The translations under genes and the position numbers were made by a program. Below the pieces are notes generated by a model, which did not search any database, was not told the DNA's origin, and worked only from the letters and a program-made list of their open reading frames with translations. From Elusimicrobiota bacterium (lineage in GTDB: Bacteria > Elusimicrobiota > Elusimicrobia > UBA1565), in the NCBI GenBank assembly GCA_043827405.1, contig JBDRPD010000003.1:32001-96000 (forward strand): a stretch of DNA of 64,000 bases, read 5' to 3'. Every line of letters starts with the position of its first letter. The stretch's first letter is position 1. This document shows positions 18,916 through 28,897 of the stretch, one piece after another.

Positions 18916-20199
18916 ATGCATTCGCCGTCCATCACCGGCCTGAGCCATAAGAAAACGGGCATCGACCTGCGCGAAAAGCTCAGCTTTTCCCGGCAGGACT
19001 ATCCCTGCGTGCTGCGTCATTTTGAGCTCGACCCGGCGGTGAGCGAGGCGGTCGTGCTTTCCACCTGCAACCGGGTGGAAATCTACTGCCTCGGCGCCGG
19101 CGGCAGGACGGTGGAGGCGGAGCGCGTCGTCCGCTTCCTGGCGGAGTATCATAAAGTATCCCCCGCGGCGTTCGCCGGCCATGTCCACCACTATCAGGAT
19201 GAGGCGGCGATCGCGTACCTGCTGAAGGTCGCCAGCGGCCTGGATTCCATGGTGCTCGGCGAGACCCAGATCCTGGCGCAGCTCAAGGACGCTTTCGCCT
19301 GCGCCCAAGAGCGTGAGAGCACCGGCAAGTACACCAACGCCCTGTTTCAGCGCGCCTTCTCCGCGGCCAAGCGCATCCATACCACCACGGGCATCTCGCA
19401 GGCGAAGATCTCCGTGCCGTCGGTCGCCGCCGACTTCGCGGCGGACCTTTTCTCTTCTTTCGCCGACAAAACCCTGCTGCAGATCGGCTCCGGTGAAACG
19501 GGCGAGCTGACCATGCGGCACTTCGCCGAGCGCGGCTTGAGCCGCATGCTCCTGACCAACCGGACCCATAAACGGGCCGTGGAAACCGCCGCCAAGTTCG
19601 GCGCCGAGGCGGTTCCGTTCCAGGATTTTCCCCAGCATCTGCATAAAGCCGATATCATCGTGACGGCGCTGGCGTCGGACGCCCATGTGATCGCCGGGGA
19701 GATGATGGAGGCGGCCATGCATTCCCGCCGCAACCGGCCGCTCGTTCTCTTGGACTTGTCCGTCCCGCGCGCTGTCGACCCCCGCGTGGCGGAGATGGAA
19801 AACGTGTTTCTCTATGATATCGACAGCCTGGAGGCGGTTGTCCTGCAGAATATGGAGCAGCGCCAGGCGGAGCTTTCCAGCTGCCTGGAGATCGTCGACG
19901 AGGAAACGCAGGCTTTTTTGGCGCAGATCGAGGAGTGGAAGGCCGAGCCCCTGATCCGCGATCTGCGCGACAGCCTGGAAGCGATCCGGGATCAGGAGTG
20001 GCGGCGTATCGAAAGCCGGCTCGGCAAGCTCGATGCCCGTCTGCGCGACGACCTGGAGCATATGACCCGCCGCATCACCAACCGGTTCCTGCACTCTCCC
20101 ACGACCGCCCTCCGGGAGGAAGCCAAAGACGGAGGCGGCTTCCGGCTCGTCGAGATGGCGCGCAAGCTGTTTTTGCCGGCCCCCAAGCGCAAGCCCTAG
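18916..20199 (+). CDS. hemA: Glutamyl-tRNA reductase
   Basis: GLSHK, STCNRVE (catalytic Cys), GLDSMVLGETQILAQ, IGSGETG, DLSVPR. Confidence 0.97.
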   Translation: MHSPSITGLSHKKTGIDLREKLSFSRQDYPCVLRHFELDPAVSEAVVLSTCNRVEIYCLGAGGRTVEAERVVRFLAEYHKVSPAAFAGHVHHYQDEAAIAYLLKVASGLDSMVLGETQILAQLKDAFACAQERESTGKYTNALFQRAFSAAKRIHTTTGISQAKISVPSVAADFAADLFSSFADKTLLQIGSGETGELTMRHFAERGLSRMLLTNRTHKRAVETAAKFGAEAVPFQDFPQHLHKADIIVTALASDAHVIAGEMMEAAMHSRRNRPLVLLDLSVPRAVDPRVAEMENVFLYDIDSLEAVVLQNMEQRQAELSSCLEIVDEETQAFLAQIEEWKAEPLIRDLRDSLEAIRDQEWRRIESRLGKLDARLRDDLEHMTRRITNRFLHSPTTALREEAKDGGGFRLVEMARKLFLPAPKRKP

Positions 20200-20263
20200 C
20201 CCGCAGAGTCCTCTTAATTTTGTACAATAACCGTTCAATCTATTGCGCAATCAGGAAGTTACT

Positions 20264-20611
20264 ATGAAGACAGATATCCATCCCAACTATTACAACGTGG
20301 AAGTGGTTTGCGCCTGCGGCAACACCTTCAAGACCCGCTCCACCAAAAAGTCGATCCGGCTCGAGATTTGCGGCGCCTGCCATCCGTTCTACACCGGCAA
20401 GCAGCGTCTCATCGACACCGCCGGCCGGGTCGAGCGCTTCCAGAAGCGCTTTGCCAAGACGGCGGGCAAGACCGTGCGCATAAAGCCCAAGGCCAAGGTC
20501 AAAAAGAAGCTGGAGTCGCAGGCCACGCGCAAGCGTGTGCTGACGACCGCGCCTCGGGCGTCGGACAAGAAAGAGAAGGGAGCGAAGAAAAAGGCCGATA
20601 AAAAGGCTTAG
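20264..20611 (+). CDS. rpmE: 50S ribosomal protein L31 (Zn-ribbon type) with Lys-rich C-terminal extension
   Basis: [31 protein letters not shown]. Confidence 0.97.
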   Translation: MKTDIHPNYYNVEVVCACGNTFKTRSTKKSIRLEICGACHPFYTGKQRLIDTAGRVERFQKRFAKTAGKTVRIKPKAKVKKKLESQATRKRVLTTAPRASDKKEKGAKKKADKKA

Positions 20612-20625
20612 CCTCCCCCTCGCGA

Positions 20626-20657
20626 AAAGCCCCGGCTGCGGAAGGCGCCGGGGCTTT
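20626..20657 (+). terminator. Intrinsic terminator-like hairpin after rpmE
   Basis: AAAGCCCCGGC ... GCCGGGGCTTT, 11-bp stem followed by CTCT. Confidence 0.7.
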
Positions 20658-20682
20658 CTCTATCATGGCTTGAGGATTGATC

Positions 20683-21756
20683 ATGGGCCTGCTGGAAGAC
20701 CTGGAGAAGGAACACTTGGAGATCGAGGCGCGCTTAAGCTCCTCGACCCCGCTGCCGCCGCGTGAACTTAAGACGCTTACCCGGCGGCATTTCCAGCTGT
20801 CGGGACCCATGAAGCTCGCGCGCGAGCTGCGCGCGATCGATGCGGAACTCAAGGGCGCCGAGGAGCTGCTCTCGGGCGCGGACGAGGAGCTCCGCGAGAT
20901 GGCGCAGCTGGAGGTGGATTCGCTCACCGCGCGCCGTTCGGCGCTGGAGGACACGCTGCGCCGCGAGCTTCTGCCGCGTGACCCGGACGAGGACAAGGAT
21001 ATGTACCTGGAGATCCGGGCCGGAGCGGGCGGCGAAGAGGCGGCGCTGTTCGCGGCCGAGCTTATGCGCGCCTATACCTGTTTCGCGGAAAGCGTCGGCT
21101 GGAAAATTACGGTCGTGGAATTTTCGCGCACCGGGCTCAAGGGCGCCAAGCAGGCGGTGCTTCATATCCAGGGCGAAAAGGTTTTCGGCTGGCTCAAGTT
21201 CGAGGGCGGCGTGCACCGGGTGCAGCGCGTGCCGCAGACCGAGTCCTCGGGCCGCATTCACACTTCGACGGTCACCGTGGCCGTTATGCCCGAGGCGGAG
21301 GAGAAGGAAGTGGAGATCGAGGCCAAGGACCTGCACATCGACACCTTCCGCGCCGGGGGCGCGGGGGGGCAGAACGTTAACAAGGTCGAGACCGCCGTGC
21401 GCATCACGCATGTCCCCAGCGGCGTGGTCGTGGCCTGCCAGGAGGAGCGCTCGCAGCTGCAGAACCGGATGCGGGCCATGTCGATCCTGCGCGCCAAGCT
21501 GGTCGAGGCGGCCCGCCGCACCGCCAAGGACGCCAACGAGGCGGCGCGCCGCAGCCAGGTCGGCACGGGCGACCGTTCCGAGAAGATCCGCACCTATAAT
21601 TTCCCGCAGAATCGGGTAACCGATCATCGGATCGAGCGCTCGTGGCACAACCTGCCGGCGGTCATGGAGGGCGAGTTCCGCGCGATCCTGGAAGCGCTGC
21701 GCGCGGAGGAAGAGGAGCGCCTGCTGCGCGGCGTCGAGGGGAGCGGAAATGGTTAA
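20683..21756 (+). CDS. prfA: Peptide chain release factor 1
   Basis: PxT anticodon loop (VPQTE), [27 protein letters not shown]. Confidence 0.97.
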   Translation: MGLLEDLEKEHLEIEARLSSSTPLPPRELKTLTRRHFQLSGPMKLARELRAIDAELKGAEELLSGADEELREMAQLEVDSLTARRSALEDTLRRELLPRDPDEDKDMYLEIRAGAGGEEAALFAAELMRAYTCFAESVGWKITVVEFSRTGLKGAKQAVLHIQGEKVFGWLKFEGGVHRVQRVPQTESSGRIHTSTVTVAVMPEAEEKEVEIEAKDLHIDTFRAGGAGGQNVNKVETAVRITHVPSGVVVACQEERSQLQNRMRAMSILRAKLVEAARRTAKDANEAARRSQVGTGDRSEKIRTYNFPQNRVTDHRIERSWHNLPAVMEGEFRAILEALRAEEEERLLRGVEGSGNG

Positions 21757-22618
21757 GGCGCTCAGGCGCGCCGTGACCGAGCGCCTGGGTGACGGCGAGA
21801 AGTACCTCGCCGAGCGGGGGGTCGACGAGACCGCCGCCAACGCGGAGTTCCTCATGGCGGAAGCCCTCGGCTGCGGACGGGCGGACGTCCATGCGCGCGC
21901 GGATTATATTCTCGAGCCCAAGCAGGACCATCACTTTTGGGACATGATCAAGCGGCGCGGCCGGCGCGTGCCGCTGGCCTACGTGCTCGGCTTTCAGCCG
22001 TTCATGGACTGCCGCATCAAGGTGAACTCGTCGGTGCTGATCCCCCGGCCCGAGACCGAGCAGCTGGTCGAGGCCGTCATCGAGCTCGCCGGCGGGAAAG
22101 GGGCGGTCCATATCGTCGATGTGGGAACCGGGAGCGGCTGCGTGAGCATCGCCCTCGCCCGGCGCCTGCCCGCCGCGATGATCTATGCCACCGAGATCAG
22201 CGCTGCGGCGCTCAAGATGGCCGAGGAGAACGCCGGGCTCAACGGCGTCGCTCAGCGTATTCGCTTTCTGTGTGAGGATTTGTTCAAGCCGGAGCGGCGC
22301 TCTTCGCCGTGGGCCGATATCGTGGTGGCCAATCCTCCCTATATCCCTACGGCGGAGCTGAAAACGCTCGACAAAGAGGTGCTGCGCGAGCCGTTCCTCG
22401 CGCTGGACGGCGGCAAAGACGGCCTCGACGCGGTGCGCGCCATCGCGGCGGATGCGCCCCGGATGCTCAAGCCCGGCGGCCGGCTGGCGCTGGAGATCGG
22501 CGACGGCCAGGCGGACAAGGTCCGCGGCATCCTGGAGCGCGGCGGCTTCTCCGCGGTCGAGATCCGGCGTGATCTGCAGCGGCGTGAACGTATCGCGTTG
22601 GCGGGACTTCCCAAATGA
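21749..22618 (+). CDS. prmC: Release factor glutamine methyltransferase
   Basis: [29 protein letters not shown]; follows prfA. Confidence 0.95.
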   Translation: MVKALRRAVTERLGDGEKYLAERGVDETAANAEFLMAEALGCGRADVHARADYILEPKQDHHFWDMIKRRGRRVPLAYVLGFQPFMDCRIKVNSSVLIPRPETEQLVEAVIELAGGKGAVHIVDVGTGSGCVSIALARRLPAAMIYATEISAAALKMAEENAGLNGVAQRIRFLCEDLFKPERRSSPWADIVVANPPYIPTAELKTLDKEVLREPFLALDGGKDGLDAVRAIAADAPRMLKPGGRLALEIGDGQADKVRGILERGGFSAVEIRRDLQRRERIALAGLPK

Positions 22619-22630
22619 TAGAATCGAAAA

Positions 22631-23884
22631 ATGGATAAATTCGTCATCGAAGGCGGTCGTCCCCTGCGGGGCACTTTGCGCGTTAACGGTTCGAAGAACG
22701 CCGCGCTCCCCATACTCATCGCGACTTTGCTGACCGATGAGGCTTGTGTGATCGAGAACGTGCCGGATTTGCGGGACATCCGCACCACGATCCGCCTGCT
22801 GGAGAGTCTCGGCAAACGGGTGGCGGTAGAGGGTAAGGTCGTGCGCGTTGAGTTCGGCCGCCGGCTGCGCACCCGGGCGCCTTACGAACTCGTCAAACAG
22901 ATGCGGGCGTCGGTGCTGGTGGCCGGCCCGCTGCTCGCGCGCTTCGGCCGCGCCCGGGTTCCCCTGCCCGGCGGCTGTGCGATCGGTCTGCGGCCCGTCG
23001 ATATCCACTTGAAAGCTTTTCAGGCGCTGGGCGCCAAGGCGGACAACGCCGGCGGCGATGTCGTTTTTTCCGCGCGCCGGCTGCGGCCCGCGCGGGTTAA
23101 ATTCCGCTTCGCCAGCGTGGGGGCCACCGAGAATATCCTGATGGCCGCAGCGGCCACGCCCGGCCGGACGATTATTGAAAACGCCGCGCGCGAGCCCGAA
23201 ATCGACGACCTCGCGCGCTTTCTGGGCGCGATGGGAGCGAAAATTTCCGGCGCCGGTAAATCGCGCATCGTCATCGAAGGCGTGTCCGCGCCGGCGGGAG
23301 TCCGCCATCGTGTAATATCCGACCGCATCGAGACGGGGACGCTGCTGATCGCCGGCGCGGCGGCGCGCGGCCCGCTCACTTTGGTCGGCGCCGAGCCCGG
23401 GCATCTGGGATGCTTGCTCCGGGCGCTGGCCAAATCCGGCGCTCGCGTCCGGCAAACCGCCGACGGCCTGTGCGTTACCGGTCCCGCGCGTCCCCGGCCG
23501 GTCTCGATCACGACCGGGATTTATCCCGGTTTTCCGACGGACCTGCAGGCGCAGTGGATGGCGTATATGTGCCGCGCGCGCGGCAAGAGCAGTATTCGCG
23601 AGGCGATTTTCGAGCGGCGGTTTATGCACGCGGCCGAGCTGGCGCGCTTGGGGGCGCGGATCGCCTTCCGCGGAAACTGCATTATCGTGACGGGCGTTCC
23701 CCGCCTGCAGGGCGCTTCCATTATGGCGTCCGACATCCGGGCCGGAGCGGCGCTGGTGACGGCGGGGCTGGCGGCCGAAGGCGTTACGGAGATCCATCGC
23801 GTCTACCATATCGACCGCGGCTACGAGCGGATCGAGCGGCTCCTGCGCCGCGCCGGCGCGCGCATGCGGCGGGTCAGGGCGTGA
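22631..23884 (+). CDS. murA: UDP-N-acetylglucosamine 1-carboxyvinyltransferase
   Basis: GSKNAALP, LPGGCAIG (catalytic Cys), SVGATEN, PGFPTDLQAQ, HIDRGYE. Confidence 0.97.
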   Translation: MDKFVIEGGRPLRGTLRVNGSKNAALPILIATLLTDEACVIENVPDLRDIRTTIRLLESLGKRVAVEGKVVRVEFGRRLRTRAPYELVKQMRASVLVAGPLLARFGRARVPLPGGCAIGLRPVDIHLKAFQALGAKADNAGGDVVFSARRLRPARVKFRFASVGATENILMAAAATPGRTIIENAAREPEIDDLARFLGAMGAKISGAGKSRIVIEGVSAPAGVRHRVISDRIETGTLLIAGAAARGPLTLVGAEPGHLGCLLRALAKSGARVRQTADGLCVTGPARPRPVSITTGIYPGFPTDLQAQWMAYMCRARGKSSIREAIFERRFMHAAELARLGARIAFRGNCIIVTGVPRLQGASIMASDIRAGAALVTAGLAAEGVTEIHRVYHIDRGYERIERLLRRAGARMRRVRA

Positions 23885-25146
23885 ACTGCGCCGAGGCGCT
23901 GCGCTTTCTCGAGCGGCGTCAGGAGACGCGGTGGAAGCTCGGCCTGGAGCGCATCGAGGGGCTGGTCACGGGACTGGGGCGCCCGCAGCGCGGCTTTCCT
24001 TCGATCCATGTCGCCGGCACCAACGGCAAGGGGAGCGTCTGTGCGATGCTCGACTCCATCCTGCGGGCCTCCGGCCGGCGCGTCGGTCTCTTCACCTCGC
24101 CGCATTTGGTAACTCCCCGCGAGCGGATTCGCATCGACGGGCAGCCGATCCCGCCGCAGGATTTTGCCCGGATATTGACGCAGGTGCGGGCGGCGGAGCG
24201 GGAGGAGGCATCCTACTTCGAGCTCGTTACGGCCGCGGCTTTTCTTTATTTCAAGGAATGCGAAGTGGATATCGCCGTTTTCGAGACGGGACTCGGCGGT
24301 CGGCTCGACGCCACCAATGTCCTGCGGCCGGTCCTTTCCGTCATCACCAGCATTGATATCGATCATACGCTCCATCTCGGAAGCACGACGGAGGCTATCG
24401 CGCGAGAGAAGGCGGGAATCATCAAGCCGGAAGTTCCTTGCCTGTGCGGGGCCGAGTCCTTTAGCGCCGTCGAGGTGTTTCGCCGCCGGGCGCGGACGCT
24501 GGGGTCGCGCTTCGTCAGCGTCAAGCCGCGCGCCAAGACCGTGGAGGCGCGCTGGCGGCAGGGTACGCAGACGTTTGAGACCGACGGCCGCCGCTACGAG
24601 CTCGCGCTGCTGGGAGCCGCGGCCGCGCGCAACGCCGCGTTCACGCTGGCGGCCGCGGATGAACTGCGGCGGCTGGGTTTTGCGATTAAGGAAGAAGACG
24701 CCGCCCGGGGACTCGCCGAGCTGACATGGCCCGCACGGTTCCAGGTCCTGCCGCAGGTCGGGGGGCGCACTATGATTCTGGACGGCGCCCATAACCTCGC
24801 CGCGATGGAAGCATTCGTGGACACCTGGAAGGCGTCTCCGTGGCGGGATGAGGCGACTATCATCTTCGGCGTGCTCGAGGATAAGGATTACGCGGGCATG
24901 ATCCGGGCGCTCGCGCCGTATGCCAAGCGCGTCGTCGCGGCGCAGGTGGATTCCCGGCGGGCGCTTTCCCCGGATGTGATCGCGAAGCATTTTCAGGCGG
25001 CCGGCGTGCACAGCGTCGAGACCGCGCATACGCCCCGGCGCGCCATCGAGAGGTGGCTGGCTTCGGAGTATTCCGTCGCCGCGGTGTTGGGGTCGTTTTA
25101 TCTCGTCGGCAGCGTGCTGGACCGGGTTGAGGAGGTCGTCGTGTGA
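23881..25146 (+). CDS. folC: Folylpolyglutamate synthase/dihydrofolate synthase
   Basis: GTG start overlaps murA stop; HVAGTNGKGS, TSPHL, ETGLGGRLDATN, LDGAHN, GSFYLVG. Confidence 0.95.
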   Translation: MNCAEALRFLERRQETRWKLGLERIEGLVTGLGRPQRGFPSIHVAGTNGKGSVCAMLDSILRASGRRVGLFTSPHLVTPRERIRIDGQPIPPQDFARILTQVRAAEREEASYFELVTAAAFLYFKECEVDIAVFETGLGGRLDATNVLRPVLSVITSIDIDHTLHLGSTTEAIAREKAGIIKPEVPCLCGAESFSAVEVFRRRARTLGSRFVSVKPRAKTVEARWRQGTQTFETDGRRYELALLGAAAARNAAFTLAAADELRRLGFAIKEEDAARGLAELTWPARFQVLPQVGGRTMILDGAHNLAAMEAFVDTWKASPWRDEATIIFGVLEDKDYAGMIRALAPYAKRVVAAQVDSRRALSPDVIAKHFQAAGVHSVETAHTPRRAIERWLASEYSVAAVLGSFYLVGSVLDRVEEVVV

Positions 25147-26102
25147 CCATGCTCAAGCGCGTCGGCCTCGGCATCGATACGGGGGGGACCTTTACCAAGA
25201 TTCTGGCGGTCTCCGAATCGGGTCAGGTCCTGCGCCGGCTGCAGGTACGCAGCGAGCCGCACCTGGGCCCCGCCCGCTTCATCCCGCGCGTGGCGGCCGC
25301 CGTGCGCCGGATCGAGCGCTCGCTCGGCCGCTCGGCGCAGACCGCCTGCCTGGCGGTGGCCGGCGACGTGGACCCGGTCAGCGGCCGCCTCAGAAGGTCG
25401 CCGAACCTCCCTGCTTTCGAGGATTTTCCGCTGCGGGAGCGCCTTAGCCGGGCATTGTCGCGCCCGGTGGAGGTCCACAACGACGCCAATATGGCGGCGT
25501 GGGGCTGCTACACCCTCGAGTTCAAGCGCCGCTGCCCCAACGTGGTCGGGGTGACTATGGGTACGGGCGTCGGCGGCGGGGTGGTGCTGGATGGACGCCT
25601 GGTCACGGGCGCGACAGGCTCGGCGGGCGAGATCGGGCATGTGCGTGTCGCCGTCGACGGCGCCGTCTGCCGCTGCGGAGCGCGCGGCTGCCTGGAAGCC
25701 TATGCCGGCAAGTACGGCGTGACGCGCATCGCGCTGGAGCTTCTGCGCGAGAAGGGCGAGACCGCGCGGGGCCGCTTTCGCGTCGGGGAGAGCGCTTTGC
25801 AGCCGCATCATCTGGCCGCCGCCGCCGCACAGGGCGACCGGCTCGCCCGCGAGGTGTGGCGCCGCGTGGGCCGGGCGCTCGCCGTCGGCATCGTCAACGT
25901 CGTCTATCTGCTCAATCCCGACGCGATCATTTTCGCGGGCGGGGTGTCCCGGGCCGCCCCGTATTTCATGGGGAGCATCCGTCGGGCCCTGCGCGCGGAA
26001 ACGTTTCGCGCGCCGTTCGGCCGCGTCCGCATCGCGGTCGCTCGCCGTGAAGATATGGGAGCGCTGGGAGCGGCGCTTTATTCCCTTGAAGGACCTCATT
26101 AG
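25143..26102 (+). CDS. ROK family sugar kinase (glucokinase-like)
   Basis: GIDTGGT, NDANMAA, GTGVGGG, GEIGH...CRCGARGCLE. Confidence 0.9.
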   Translation: MTMLKRVGLGIDTGGTFTKILAVSESGQVLRRLQVRSEPHLGPARFIPRVAAAVRRIERSLGRSAQTACLAVAGDVDPVSGRLRRSPNLPAFEDFPLRERLSRALSRPVEVHNDANMAAWGCYTLEFKRRCPNVVGVTMGTGVGGGVVLDGRLVTGATGSAGEIGHVRVAVDGAVCRCGARGCLEAYAGKYGVTRIALELLREKGETARGRFRVGESALQPHHLAAAAAQGDRLAREVWRRVGRALAVGIVNVVYLLNPDAIIFAGGVSRAAPYFMGSIRRALRAETFRAPFGRVRIAVARREDMGALGAALYSLEGPH

Positions 26103-28197
26103 ACTGCTGCTCCTGCTGCTCCTGCCCTTCGCGGCCTCGGCCGCGTCGGGCGCGGAGGCGCCGCCGTTCGAGCTGCCGCCGGCGCCGGTCGCCGAGCCGA
26201 TACGCTACCGGGCGGATTACTTCGAATACCAGGGGAGCACCACGGGCGCGAATGCGCGGATCATATTGCGCGGGGCCGTCGAAATTGTGGAATCCTCCCG
26301 CACCTTGCGCGCGCAGGAAGCGACCCTCGATATGAGCCGGCGCCGCGCCAAGGCACGGGGAGGCTTCGAGCTCGATGACGGCCTCAGCGTGCTGCGCGGC
26401 GAAGGCGGCGAATTCGATATCGACGACAAGTCCGGAATCGTCGACGACGTGCGGGCGGAATTCCCGCCCTGGCGCATTTGGGCGCAGCGCGGCAGGCTGG
26501 ATCAGACGCGCAAGGCGTATTTCCGGCGGACGCTGTTCACCAGCTGCGACGGCAATCCGCCGGACTACCATTTCCGGGCCAGCGGCCTGCATGTCAAGCC
26601 CAAGAAATGGCTCTATGCCACCAATGTCCGCTTCCATTTGGGGCCGGTCCCTATTTTTTACACTCCGTTCATGTGGAAGTTTTTGGATCCGGATAAGCTG
26701 ATCCGCACCCGCATGAAGTTCTCCTATGACCGGCGCAACGGCGGGGCCGCCCGCTCGACCACCGAGTTCCAGCTGCATCGTTCGCTGTTCAGCCGGCTGT
26801 TTCTCGACTATTACTCGGAGACGGGCTTCGCGCAGGGCGGCGAGGCGCTGTTTAAGTCGAGCGAGGACTCGCGCGGCGCGCTCTACGGCTACCGCATTCG
26901 CGAAAACGCCACCCGCCAGCAGCGCTGGACGGTGCTGGGCAGCTATTACCAGACGCTGGTCTCGAGCTACTCCGTGCAGGGCCGGCTGCAGGCGCAGTCG
27001 GATCCGGAAGTCAATAATCACTACATGCGCTCGAACGCTTTCCGCGTGACGCCGGAGCTCATCAACAGCGGCGCGCTGGTGCGTACGACCGCCTTGACGA
27101 CTACCCGCATCTCCTACTCCCGCCAGGACGTCCGCTTCGGCGAGCAGAACCGTTTCATCCGGCAGACGGAGAGCACTCCGCGCGTCGACTTTCGCACCGC
27201 GCCGCTGCCGATCCCGCATTTGCCGGCGCTCATGACCTTCGACGCCTTCGCCGAAAACAGCTTCGATCGCGCGCGCGGCTACCAGCAGAAGGCGCTCGGG
27301 GCGGGCACGCGGCTGACGCGGTCATTCCGCCTGCGCCGGGGCTTAAGCCTGACGCCGCATGCGGCGCTGCGCGAGGTCTTCGAGGACCGGCGGACGATCT
27401 ACGCCGATTTCTCGTCGACGCGGACCATTAAGAACCCGTTTACCGGTTTTTACGAGTTCGGGGGAAACCTGCGCATCGATACCCCCGCCGGCGACTGGGA
27501 TGCCGGCTACGTATTCGAGCGGCGGCTCAAGCCGGATAAGGTCCACGGCGATATCGGCGCTCCCGATTACGGCCAGGTGCAGAACCTGATGTCGATCCAG
27601 GATACCATCCGGCCGAACCGCCGGGTCCTGGTGCGGGTGAAGAGCGGCTACGACCTGCGGCGGCACCGCGAGTACAACCTCGGCTTCCGCCGGCGGATGC
27701 AGCCCTTTACCAGCGATCTGGTCTATTTGCCGAAAAGCGGCCTCCAGTTTTCGCTGCGCAATGACTATCAGTTGGAGGACGGGAACCGCTCGTTTCTGCT
27801 GCAGGCGGACTGGGGCGACCGGGACTCGACCTTCGCGGCGTTCGGCGTCACCTATGCGCTGGACCGGCCGCGGGAGTATCTCTCGGCGCTGGAAGGCGGC
27901 TGGAAGCCGCCGGATTCCAGCTGGAAATTCGGCGCCGCGCTGCGCTCGCTGGTCCGCAAGGAAGACCGGCTGAAGTTTCACGGCTTCGAGCTCTTCGAGA
28001 AAGAGCTTTCGATCCACAAGGACTTCCATGATTTCCTGACCCGGCTGGTCGTTCGCTTCCGTCCGGGCAACGTCGCCGAGATCACCTTCCGCCTCGACCT
28101 GCGGACCGACCGGGAGACGGTGCGCCGCGCCGTGCGCAAGGCTTGGGAGAAGGAGTGGTTCCCCTGGCGCCGCGGCGAGAGCGACGAGCGTGATTGA
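26086..28197 (+). CDS. LPS-assembly outer-membrane protein, LptD-like
   Basis: Signal peptide (LLLLLLPFAASA); OstA-like N-terminus; FTSC...P.Y, VPIFYTPF; beta-strand-rich remainder; start approximate. Confidence 0.75.
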   Translation: MKDLIRLLLLLLLPFAASAASGAEAPPFELPPAPVAEPIRYRADYFEYQGSTTGANARIILRGAVEIVESSRTLRAQEATLDMSRRRAKARGGFELDDGLSVLRGEGGEFDIDDKSGIVDDVRAEFPPWRIWAQRGRLDQTRKAYFRRTLFTSCDGNPPDYHFRASGLHVKPKKWLYATNVRFHLGPVPIFYTPFMWKFLDPDKLIRTRMKFSYDRRNGGAARSTTEFQLHRSLFSRLFLDYYSETGFAQGGEALFKSSEDSRGALYGYRIRENATRQQRWTVLGSYYQTLVSSYSVQGRLQAQSDPEVNNHYMRSNAFRVTPELINSGALVRTTALTTTRISYSRQDVRFGEQNRFIRQTESTPRVDFRTAPLPIPHLPALMTFDAFAENSFDRARGYQQKALGAGTRLTRSFRLRRGLSLTPHAALREVFEDRRTIYADFSSTRTIKNPFTGFYEFGGNLRIDTPAGDWDAGYVFERRLKPDKVHGDIGAPDYGQVQNLMSIQDTIRPNRRVLVRVKSGYDLRRHREYNLGFRRRMQPFTSDLVYLPKSGLQFSLRNDYQLEDGNRSFLLQADWGDRDSTFAAFGVTYALDRPREYLSALEGGWKPPDSSWKFGAALRSLVRKEDRLKFHGFELFEKELSIHKDFHDFLTRLVVRFRPGNVAEITFRLDLRTDRETVRRAVRKAWEKEWFPWRRGESDERD

Positions 28198-28204
28198 GTC
28201 GGCT

Positions 28205-28504
28205 CTAAACAATCCTTAATCTGCCGACATTTCGTACTGCGTCTTGGCGCGGTTGGATGAGTCGTTCGGTCAGCCGAAGGCGCTCTAGCGCTGTCGCTTT
28301 ACCAACGTCGATCCGTTCCGGGGCATTATGCGGCAGATAGCACCCGGCATAATTTGGCGCGATATTTCGCTTCATCTCACGGGATATGGCGCTGACGTCG
28401 CGACCAATTTCCACCGCGATCCTGTGCCGCGACATGCCGTGGGCTCTAAACAACGACAAACAATCCCTTTCTCCTTTCGTCAAATGCTTATAGTCCCTTG
28501 GCAT
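28205..28504 (-). pseudogene. IS30-family transposase remnant (N-terminal HTH only)
   Basis: YKHLTKGERD...GMSRHRIAVEIGRDVSAISREMKRN is the IS30 HTH pattern; ORF stops after 99 aa with no DDE domain; lower GC than flanks. Confidence 0.8.
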
Positions 28505-28591
28505 TGCGCCGCATCATAGCGGGTCCCTTGGCGTTGCGCCGCATCATAGCGGGTGCCTTGGCGTTGCGCCGCATCATAGCGGATGCCTTGG
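28496..28591. repeat. Three tandem 30-bp repeats over the IS30 start/promoter
   Basis: ccttggc(a/g)ttgcgccgcatcatagcgg(g/a)t(c/g) at 28496, 28526 and 28556, then a partial ccttgg. Confidence 0.95.
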
Positions 28592-28618
28592 GTGTTTGCA
28601 CTTCAAAGTTGAACTTGC
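28592..28618 (-). mobile_element. Probable IS30 left inverted-repeat end
   Basis: Minus strand GTTCAACTTTGAAGTGCAAACAC resembles IS30-family terminal IRs and lies just upstream of the transposase remnant; no partner end found. Confidence 0.6.
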
Positions 28619-28672
28619 ACTGGGCCCGGGCCCAGTTGTATTCGCTGTATTTTTCAGCATAATTTTTGCGAA

Positions 28673-28758
28673 ATTTTCACGCCGGCAGGCGCGGGTGCCG
28701 CATTTTCACGCAGCAGGCGCGGGTGCCGCATTTTCACGCCGCAGGCGCGGGTGCCGCA
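28673..28758. repeat. Three tandem 28-29-bp repeats
   Basis: attttcacgc(cg/a/c)gcaggcgcgggtgccgc at 28673, 28702 and 28730. Confidence 0.95.
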
Positions 28759-28897
28759 CTAAACTTCGACGCTTGATTGTCGGCAGCAGCGCCGGCGCGG
28801 ACAGAAAGTGCCGAAAATGGAGGTTTTTCTGTTTACTGGCGAAACGGCGGGTTGCTTTCGCTATGCGGGAAGCGCGGCAGAATGCCGGCGGCCGCGC

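Noticed and set aside
20683..21756. Programmed frameshift in the release factor
   Set aside because: The PxT motif identifies RF1 and the ORF is continuous; the frameshift is a prfB feature
23410..23880. Long N-terminal extension of FolC
   Set aside because: Overlaps murA out of frame; FolC homology begins at GTG 23881
28496..28758. Possible CRISPR array (28-30-bp repeats)
   Set aside because: Repeats are head-to-tail with no unique spacers, and no cas genes are in the window
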